Below, piece by piece: positions 10,934 to 19,200 of a stretch of 64,000 nt of DNA. Source of the stretch: a virus (lineage: Duplodnaviria > Caudoviricetes). The position numbers and the translations under genes were made by a program. Below the pieces are notes generated by a model. That model was not told the origin of the DNA. It worked only from the letters and a program-made list of their open reading frames with translations, and searched no databases. Position 1 is the stretch's first letter, and the number at the start of each line of letters is the position of its first letter. The stretch is taken from positions 6,365 to 70,364 of the IMG/VR virus record IMGVR_UViG_3300025390_000524. One strand, written 5' to 3'.

Positions 10934-11298
10934 TGTCGCACTACGCTAAAGTTCTTAATGGCACAGTTACACAGGTTATAGTCGCTGAACCTGAATTTTT
11001 TAATACCTTTGTTGATTCTTCACCAGGACAATGGATTCAAACATCTTACAATACTCGTGGTGGAATCCACTATCTTCCAAACTCTAACGAACCATCAGGA
11101 CAAGATGGACTTAGAGGTAACTACGCTGGTGTTGGTTATATCTACGATGCAACTCATGATGTTTTCTATCCTCCACAACCGTTTCCATCATGGACTATTA
11201 CAGAACCAGATTGGACATGGGCGGCACCGGTGCCCTATCCCACAGATGCTAAGTCCTATACTTGGGATGAGAGCACTAAGAGTTGGATTAGTACCTAA
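10933..11298 (+). CDS. Conserved phage protein that usually follows glycine-rich fibre genes
   Basis: 'MSHYAKV..WIQTSYNT..LRGNYAGVGYIYD..DVFYPPQPFPSW..WAAPVPYP..Y.WDE'; overlaps the upstream stop codon. Confidence 0.55.
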   Translation: MSHYAKVLNGTVTQVIVAEPEFFNTFVDSSPGQWIQTSYNTRGGIHYLPNSNEPSGQDGLRGNYAGVGYIYDATHDVFYPPQPFPSWTITEPDWTWAAPVPYPTDAKSYTWDESTKSWIST

Positions 11299-11974
11299 TA
11301 TAGGGTTTATACTTTCTAAAAGGTGCTAAGAGATAATCTGGTACTTGGTATGGTGATCCTTTTTGATTAAAACTAATATCAAATTCATCAAAAGGTACAG
11401 AAAGAGAACCAATACCAGCGTAGAGCTTAGACGTATAATATTTAATAATTTCACCAGCAGCCATCTTGAGATTATAGACAACTGGATCTGGATTGGACGT
11501 TAATGGTACGAGGTTAAATCCAGCATAGTAACTAGCCAACATTTCTGTAGCGATTGTTCTAATACTTTGGCTGAATTCTGGATAATTGTAAAAATAAGCT
11601 TGCGTTAAAAATAAACTAACTTGACTATCGTCGTCAATTTGAATCATTGTATTATCCAACGACAACCAAGGTTGGACAGGGACTGCTCTACCGTAATAGT
11701 TTAGAGCGTCCGCAATCCTAACTTTGAATGAGTACGGATAATTGGTTTGGTCGTTTAATATCAGTGGATGGTAGGCTAGGTAACAGTTTTGTAGTTTTAG
11801 AGTTAATCTGATTTTTTCTGTCCATTTGGTGATACCTAACGGTCGGTTAGCACCTTCTGGCGATTCAACCAAATAGTTGATATAGTTAACCATTGCTCCA
11901 AGTGTATTAGTATCTAAACTAGATAAACTTGGAACAAGTGTAGTGGCATCCGTAGTAGTTAGGATGCCTGCCAT
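11288..11974 (-). CDS. Putative head-tail connector/adaptor
   Basis: Two genes downstream of the capsid gene; its C-terminal 'VPDYLLAPFRKY' is typical of gp15/gp6-like adaptors. Confidence 0.4.
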   Translation of the reverse strand: MAGILTTTDATTLVPSLSSLDTNTLGAMVNYINYLVESPEGANRPLGITKWTEKIRLTLKLQNCYLAYHPLILNDQTNYPYSFKVRIADALNYYGRAVPVQPWLSLDNTMIQIDDDSQVSLFLTQAYFYNYPEFSQSIRTIATEMLASYYAGFNLVPLTSNPDPVVYNLKMAAGEIIKYYTSKLYAGIGSLSVPFDEFDISFNQKGSPYQVPDYLLAPFRKYKPYIRY

Positions 11975-12187
11975 CTATTTGATAAACTCACAATCAGGTA
12001 AATTGTTAGGACAACGTAGAGTAAACTCTTGATATCCTGTATTTTCACTGATTTTTTTAGAACCGCATTTTTTACAAATTGGAATTCCTAATGATTTCCA
12101 GATTTGTCCATCTTGAGTTTGGGAAAAATCCACAAACGGAATAGGAGCGTCAACGGGAACAGATATATTTTTGTCAGCAGCAGCCAT
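11975..12187 (-). CDS. Small Cys-containing hypothetical protein
   Basis: 70 aa with CKKC and CPNNLPDC; abuts its neighbours. Confidence 0.45.
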   Translation of the reverse strand: MAAADKNISVPVDAPIPFVDFSQTQDGQIWKSLGIPICKKCGSKKISENTGYQEFTLRCPNNLPDCEFIK

Positions 12188-12200
12188 GATTGTTTATCCT

Positions 12201-14051
12201 TTATAAAGCGCTATCAGTAGTATGTACAAGGAATACTCTTAACTGTTGAGGAACAGTAGAGGTGTCACTATAACCAGTTGGATCTACATCAAGAGCAGCA
12301 AAACCTTCTTCACTTCTCCAGATATAAGAATTCAAACGTTGGTAATTAGTGATTTCATTTTGTCTGATTTCCATTGGTGTACCAACTCCACGACCTACTG
12401 CACTATTACCAAAGGCATAACTAATACGAGTAAGTTTAGAACCACTAAGGATTGTTTCAGTTTGGACACCTTCATTTCCAGTAACACCAACGCTAAAACC
12501 GTTAGATTGGAAAATATGGAAACCATAATATGTACCAATATAACCTGAAATTCTAGATCCATTTTCTGGTGGAATTACAGTTGGGTTAAGAATATTGGAA
12601 AGAGCAGCAACATCTTCTACAGTGGTCATGCGGAAGATAGTTTGTAAGGATTGCATTAACTGTGAAACAGCTAAGGGATGCAATACTAAAGCGTAGTTGT
12701 TATCAGGGAAAGGTTCAACCAATAAGCTTCTCATGTAAGCGTTAAGGTTTAATAAGAACTCTTTAGTAATAATTCCAGAATCATTAGTAGCAGAAGAAGT
12801 AACGATAGCACTAGGTGAAGTTACAACGTTAGATGCTGAGTTATAAACTACAGCAGACGAACCGTTATATAAAGCTCTAATTGTACGTTCTTCAAACTGA
12901 GCATAGTTTTGTCCAAGGTTTTTTTCTAATACGCTTACCAAATCGATCATCGAATAAGCTAGAACAAAACTAGGTAAGGAAACTGGAGGCATTTCAGTGG
13001 TATATCCTGAACCTTTACCAAGACCAAATTCTTGCAAGACAATAGGAACAGTACCAGTAGAAATTTGTTGTAGGTTGGTATCGATAGCAGTAAAAGAACC
13101 ACCACCAGAAAGCAACCAGTCAGAAGGAACAATAGAACTTGGTTGATAAGCGGCTCTTTGGACTAAAACTGTAGTACCTTGTGATTTAAGGTAATTAAAT
13201 TCAGTTTGGGCAAATTGCCAGAAAACATAACCAGGTCTATGAGTAGTACGAATTATGCTACTGAGAGTTTGAAGAAAACCACCAGGAACGTCAGAAATTT
13301 GAGTAGCAGCTTCTTTTACTGCCATTCCGTTGACTGATCCACCTTGTAGTAAACCGTTTTTCTTAGCAAAAACCTCAAGGTCGTTCATAACCTGTTTGCG
13401 GTTTTCTCTAACAAAATGATCTACTGGTTTAAAATCTCTCATCCAGATTGGGTTACCTTGACTGGACTGCTTGAGGACTAATTGAGTAGAATTTTGAATG
13501 GACTCGAGATCTGATAAACTACCAAACACGCGGTCGCTATCAGTGGTAGTAACAGTATTTAATGCAGGGGTTTTTCTTTCTTTCACTGGGTTTGCACTTC
13601 CGTGTAATTTGAATAGATCAGCAATTCTTTTTTCGTTTTCTTTGGCTGTTTCCAATTCAGATTTGGTGGTTTTTAAAACTTCGTTAACTGCTGCAACTTG
13701 CTCATTAGAAGAAGCTTTGAGCTCTTCAACTACAGCTTTAAGTTCAGCAATTTCATCTTCTTTACGCTCTTCAATAGCTTTGATAGCAGCGTCAAGCTGT
13801 GCATCTTTGGCTTTGATAGCAGCGGTTAATTTAATTTCTTGTGCTTTGTTTGCCGCTTTAATTGCTTGCTGAACTACTGAAGCAACGTCAACTTGGGGCT
13901 CAACATTTTCTTTGACAACTTTTTTATTGTTGATTTCCGCTATCTTTTCAGCGGTTTCAACGATTTTTACTTGATCCGTGGGAAGCTTGCTAGAATCAAT
14001 TTCTGCAACTCTTACGAGTTCAGGAACTGCACTAGCTTTACGTCTAGCCAT
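12201..14051 (-). CDS. Major capsid protein with N-terminal coiled-coil scaffold-like region
   Basis: Likely start is ATG 14051 (MARRK). The first ~150 aa are a K/E/A-rich coiled coil, followed by 'VFWQFAQ..KSQGTTVLVQRAAY', 'YALVLHPLAVSQL' and 'GYIGTYYGFHIFQSN', consistent with an HK97-fold capsid protein. Confidence 0.7.
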   Translation of the reverse strand: MARRKASAVPELVRVAEIDSSKLPTDQVKIVETAEKIAEINNKKVVKENVEPQVDVASVVQQAIKAANKAQEIKLTAAIKAKDAQLDAAIKAIEERKEDEIAELKAVVEELKASSNEQVAAVNEVLKTTKSELETAKENEKRIADLFKLHGSANPVKERKTPALNTVTTTDSDRVFGSLSDLESIQNSTQLVLKQSSQGNPIWMRDFKPVDHFVRENRKQVMNDLEVFAKKNGLLQGGSVNGMAVKEAATQISDVPGGFLQTLSSIIRTTHRPGYVFWQFAQTEFNYLKSQGTTVLVQRAAYQPSSIVPSDWLLSGGGSFTAIDTNLQQISTGTVPIVLQEFGLGKGSGYTTEMPPVSLPSFVLAYSMIDLVSVLEKNLGQNYAQFEERTIRALYNGSSAVVYNSASNVVTSPSAIVTSSATNDSGIITKEFLLNLNAYMRSLLVEPFPDNNYALVLHPLAVSQLMQSLQTIFRMTTVEDVAALSNILNPTVIPPENGSRISGYIGTYYGFHIFQSNGFSVGVTGNEGVQTETILSGSKLTRISYAFGNSAVGRGVGTPMEIRQNEITNYQRLNSYIWRSEEGFAALDVDPTGYSDTSTVPQQLRVFLVHTTDSAL

Positions 14052-14358
14052 TATAAATACTCCAAATAATATACCCGTACTTAATACAGTTATATCATAG
14101 TTAGAGCATACATTGTACCAAAAATATACTAATTTGCTGAATAAATACAACAAAAAAGAGCCAAAATTTGCAAATGGCTCTAGGAATGGATTATTTGGTT
14201 TTAGGTAAGAAAAAAATAAGTAGTATAATTAAAGAAATGCGTTGGCATGTTCCTTTTGGTTAATTTATGTTTCGCTCTAGAAATAGGGCGTTAAGCTGCA
14301 CTTAAATACCTAGACCAAACTACACATAAATAGACAAATTATTTGTTATAATAATTTT

Positions 14359-14961
14359 ATGTCTAGTTTAACGCCACAGGAAGCAGCCACATTACTTGGT
14401 GTAACGGTTAGAACCTTGCACAGATGGGAACTTGATGGAAAAATTAAGTCTACACGTACAGCTGGAGGTCATCGTCGATATGACATAATAGATTTAATTA
14501 GTAATAAATCTGATACTCAATTAACAGTAGGCTATGCTCGAGTTTCTAGTCATGATCAGAAAGAAGATCTAACTAGACAAGTTATAGTTTTAGAAAGTTA
14601 CTGTGCTAAACATGGCTGGGGATTTGAAATAATTCAAGATCTTGGCAGTGGAATGAACTACAAAAAGAAAGGACTTATTAGGTTAATTAAGTTAATTACG
14701 TCCTATCAAGTTGAACGGCTAGTTTTAACTCATAAGGATAGGTTACTTAGATTTGGGTCAGATTTGATTTTCACACTGTGCGAACAATTTGGAACAGAGG
14801 TAATAATTATCAATCGTTCTGATGACAGTACTTTTGAAGAAGATTTAGCCTCAGACGTACTCGAAATCATCACTGTATTTTCTGCTCGTTTGTATGGTAG
14901 TCGTTCTCATAAGAATAAAAAAATAGTAGAAGAATTGAAGGAGGTAGCAAGACAGTTGTGA
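14359..14961 (+). CDS. tnpA: IS607 transposase (MerR-HTH + serine recombinase)
   Basis: 'LTPQEAATLLGVTVRTLHRWE', 'VGYARVSSHDQKEDL', 'DRLLRFG'. Confidence 0.92.
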   Translation: MSSLTPQEAATLLGVTVRTLHRWELDGKIKSTRTAGGHRRYDIIDLISNKSDTQLTVGYARVSSHDQKEDLTRQVIVLESYCAKHGWGFEIIQDLGSGMNYKKKGLIRLIKLITSYQVERLVLTHKDRLLRFGSDLIFTLCEQFGTEVIIINRSDDSTFEEDLASDVLEIITVFSARLYGSRSHKNKKIVEELKEVARQL

Positions 14962-16070
14962 GAATCAGTTTTAAAACCGAACTAAAACTGAATAACTATC
15001 AAAAAACTCAACTGGCTAAACATGCAGGTGTAGCTCGTCATGCTTGGAATTGGGGATTAGATATATGTAAAAAAATTCTCAACTACAATCAAGAAAACCC
15101 AACAGAGAAATTAAGATTTCCATCAGCAATTGATCTGCATAAACTTTTAGTCAACTTGGTGAAGGCTGAAAACCCTTGGTACTATGAAGTATCCAAAACT
15201 AGTCCTCAATATGCGCTGAAACACCTATCAAATGCATTTTCTGATTTTTTTAGAAAAAAAACTATGAATGGTCGGCGGATGGGGTTTCCTAGATTCAAAC
15301 GTAAAGGTCAGCAGGATAGTTTTACCTTGGAAGGAACTATTAAAGTTAAACATCGATGTCTTCAATTACCAAAAATAGGAATAGTCAAGACTTACGAACG
15401 ATTGCCGCAAGGATTAACACCTAAAACAGCAGTAATTAGTCGAACTGCAGACCGTTGGTTTGTTTCTTTTAGCTATGAAATAGAGCCAAACACTACAGCT
15501 AAACTATTTGGTGCTTGCGGTGTAGACTTAGGCATTAAAACACTAGCTACCATAAGCACAGGTGCAACGTTTCCTAACCCCCAACCTTACCGTCAATTGC
15601 AATCCAAGTTAGCTAGGCTTCAAAAAACAGCTAGTCGTAAAGTTAAAGGCTCAAACAATCGACAAAAAGCAAATCTAAAAGTAGCTAAACAGCATGCAAA
15701 AATTGCCAACATTCGTAAAGATACGCTCAATAAATTAACTACCTATTTGGCTAAGAACCACAGTCAAGTAGTAATTGAAGATTTAAATGTATCGGGAATG
15801 TTATCTAATCACTGTTTGGCTAAGTCAATTGCAGATTTAGGTATGTATGAATTTCGTCGTCAATTAACTTATAAGTGTGACCTATACGGTAGCAAATTAA
15901 TTACTGTAAGTCGCTTTTTTCCAAGTTCTAAAACCTGTTCTTTTTGTGGACACATTCAAGATATATCGCTCAAAGAACGTGTTTTTAACTGTCAGCAATG
16001 CAATATGACTATTGATCGTGATTTGAATGCTGCGCGTAATTTAGAACATCAAGCTCTTATAGTAGCTTAA
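14958..16070 (+). CDS. tnpB: RNA-guided endonuclease TnpB (IS607)
   Basis: RuvC residues in 'GVDLGIK', 'VIEDLNV' and 'DRDLNAARN'; Zn finger CSFC..CQQC; all catalytic acids present. Confidence 0.92.
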   Translation: MRISFKTELKLNNYQKTQLAKHAGVARHAWNWGLDICKKILNYNQENPTEKLRFPSAIDLHKLLVNLVKAENPWYYEVSKTSPQYALKHLSNAFSDFFRKKTMNGRRMGFPRFKRKGQQDSFTLEGTIKVKHRCLQLPKIGIVKTYERLPQGLTPKTAVISRTADRWFVSFSYEIEPNTTAKLFGACGVDLGIKTLATISTGATFPNPQPYRQLQSKLARLQKTASRKVKGSNNRQKANLKVAKQHAKIANIRKDTLNKLTTYLAKNHSQVVIEDLNVSGMLSNHCLAKSIADLGMYEFRRQLTYKCDLYGSKLITVSRFFPSSKTCSFCGHIQDISLKERVFNCQQCNMTIDRDLNAARNLEHQALIVA

Positions 16071-16215
16071 ACACTATACTGGGTGCAGCTTGCGCCTGGA
16101 AGCCTACAGAGGGATAGCCGCTCCTATGCCCCCGTTGAAGTAGGAAGTAGACATCAATCTAGCTTGTCTAGGTTTGTATAGGTTCTATAAAGCGGCGATT
16201 TTTGCGTATTAGCCA
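16030..16215 (+). ncRNA. Putative omegaRNA (reRNA) of IS607 TnpB, with flank-derived guide
   Basis: Structured ~125-nt right end after the tnpB stop. TnpB reRNAs derive from the right end, with the 3' flank as guide. Boundaries approximate. Confidence 0.55.
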
Positions 16216-19200
16216 AAACGTTTTAGAGAACGGTCGGTTTGCATTTGGTTATATGCTCGAACTTGGCTATCACTCATTCCACCAGCATTACCTTGATGGA
16301 TAGCTACATTCCAATTGTTGTTGATAGTATGATTAACGCTAGAGCTAACCTGTCCACCAATTCCACCAATTCCCATACTGGCGTTAGTAAAATCATTGAT
16401 TGCCATATTTTGTGGATTGAGCATGGCATTTACTTGGTTTTTAGGTACAACATATTCTCCTGGAGTTAAGGCTGCCAATACTGGAGTGATGCCCCCATTT
16501 TGCAATTGTTCAGTAGTCAATGCCGAGGCAGCTTGAGCACCGAGGTCAATCAATCCTCCACTGGCATAGTTGCGAACCATTCCTCCTTGATAAAAACCAA
16601 GTAAACCTTTAAAAAGATTTCCAACTATTGGAGCGCCAAAATTAGCAAATTCAGTTCCTAGCCCTGCTCCTAAAGCAACACCAGATTGCATTGTTTGAAC
16701 GTCGTTACCATTGACGTTATTAAAAGACAATCTATTATCTAACCTGAAATTAGAATCTGGATTGACTTGTTGTTTAATACCGTCCATGATGTTGGCAACA
16801 ATATTATTGTTGTTAGAACCAGTCCCTGTGCCAAATATTGAATCAGTTAATTGTTTAGCAAAATAATCACCAACGTTTTTAGCAATTGGTTGAAGAATTG
16901 CTTTTAATAATCCTTCCAAAGCTTGTAATGGAGTTTTGGAGCGGTCAATTAAACCAGTAATCCCATCGGCAAAACCTGTACTAAATCCAGATGCTACCTT
17001 ATTGCCATTGAGTTTAGCTTGTTCAATCTGGTCTTCTTGCACTGCTTGTAATTGTCTGCGCATTTCGTTAGCTTCTGGACCGTTGGGATCTATATTTAAT
17101 TTGGTTTTAATTTCTATTTCTAAATCCCGATCTTGCGCTTTAAAATCAGCTTTAAGTTTTTCAATTGACGCTGCTACATTGATTGAGCCAAAAGGATCAA
17201 AGGTTTTTCTAGATTGGGCAGCCGCATATTGAGAATTGAGATTAGCGCTATACTGCGCGTTAGCTATCCCCTGATCTAAATTAAATTTATTAGTAGTGTT
17301 GTTAATGATATTTTCTTCTGTGCCAGGAGCTTTAGCGTTGTTTCCTAAGTCTTTATAGGTTTTTGCTATTTGTTTATATTTAGCTTGATTGATGGTTGCT
17401 TGTGTAATATCATCAGTTAAATTTTTGATGGTTTCTTGATCTGCTCCTAATTGTTTGCTTAGTGCTAATCTTCTTTTTAATAGTTCAATATCTTTGGCTG
17501 AAGATTCAGATTTACGTTTAAATTCATTTTCTGTAGCTGTAATATTTTCTATATAGGAAGTGTATCCTGCCAAAGCGCTGTCAATAGCTTCTTGCCGTTG
17601 TTGATCCGCAGTAGAATAACTTTGCGATAATTGTGTTAATTTTTGATTATTTTGCGTAATAGTTAATTTAGATAAAAGTTTATCTAGTTTTATTTGTTCG
17701 TCTTGTTTAGCAAATAAATCTTGTTTGGTTATTTGGGCAATTTCTAAATTTTCTATTTCTTTTTTTAGTTTGTTGTCTTGCGTTTCAATTGCATTGCTAG
17801 CTAGTTGATTGGTTTTTATTTGATTAATTGAACCAGCGTAGGGTGATTTCATTTTGGCTGGATCAATATAATCGCCAATTTTTACGTTAGAAATATGTGG
17901 TCCAATTTGAGTAGTTGAAGTTGATTGAGCACTTGCTCCATAAGGATTAATGCCATTTTGTTTTAATAGTGAAACTATACTGGGAATATAATTAGGGTCT
18001 TCGGCATAACCACGTCTTTGAATATCTTGTATTGCAGCAAGAGGTGACACTCCACTTAATTTTCCGTTCCAATGATTAGCATGATCAATAAACGCCGCTT
18101 CATCACTAGAATAATTTTTAAAATATTGTTTACTTGGGTGCATAACTCCACCCGAATGCCAAACTCCACTATCTTTACCAGGAACGCCAGTTTGATTAAA
18201 CCAATTATGTGCGCCAATAACACTTGATTGATTACCTCCAGTTTCTTGGATGAATTGAGCAGCAGTGACGGCAGCTTGAGGATCTCCAGCAGCTTGAGCC
18301 AAGGCATAGGCTCTTTGGAACATTTGACGTTGTCTTTTTATTGGATCTTTTTGATCAAGTCCTTCTAAACTTATATTTCTGCCGTTACCAATTAAACCAC
18401 TAGCAGGTAAATTAGGACCTTGAACGTTGCCTGAAACATGGCTCTGGCTTGCTTCTAATTGAGCAGCAGCGCTAGAAAAAGTATTGACAATAGAATTTAC
18501 TGAATCGTTTATTTTGGTTAGATGGGCAGCGTTATTGGCAAAGGTTGAAACAATTTGTCCACCTAGATTGCGTTGCATTTCTACTTTTTGGCGTTCTAGT
18601 TCTTCGCTTTGCCTTGCTAGTTTGACAGCATTTTGTTCTATTGATAATTTATCGGTTCCTGATTTATCTTGCGCAGCATTAATTTGCCGCATTTTGGTTT
18701 CGTAATTATCAAGAATATTAAAGATACTATCAAAAGCTGAACCAGTACCAGCAGTTTTACCTGCTAAATAATCGCGTTTAAACTGATCTGCTTTTAAATT
18801 TTCCTTGGCTTCTTTTAATGCGTTTTGACTTTCTAATAAAGATTTTTTTAATTCAGTACCAAAGTCTGTAATTGAATTATTTAAACTTCTAAATTGCTCT
18901 TGCAATGAACGCATAGCATCTTCTGCTTGTGCTTGTGCCTGTGCCTGTCCAGTTTCTGCCCCCATCGCTCCAGCTTTAGCACCATATAGGTCTTGGATGA
19001 CATGCAAGAATGGTAAATAATTTTTATTGGCAGGGTTAGTGTCCTCGTTAATATGGCTGATAATGCCTTCTACGTTGGCGTTACCACTTAAAATATTGTT
19101 GCGATTTAAACCATATTGTTGGAGATATGCTAAAACTTGTTTTCCTTCTGTTGTGTCAAACTGACCAGCTAGTTTTCCTCTGGTAGAGCTAAATTGTTGT

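Larger units (their letters stand above)
14287..16197 (+). mobile_element. IS607-family insertion sequence
   Basis: Serine-recombinase tnpA overlaps tnpB (4-nt GTGA overlap). GGCG lies at both junctions (14287-14290, 16194-16197), and CCTAGAC motifs occur in inverted orientation near both ends. Confidence 0.85.
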
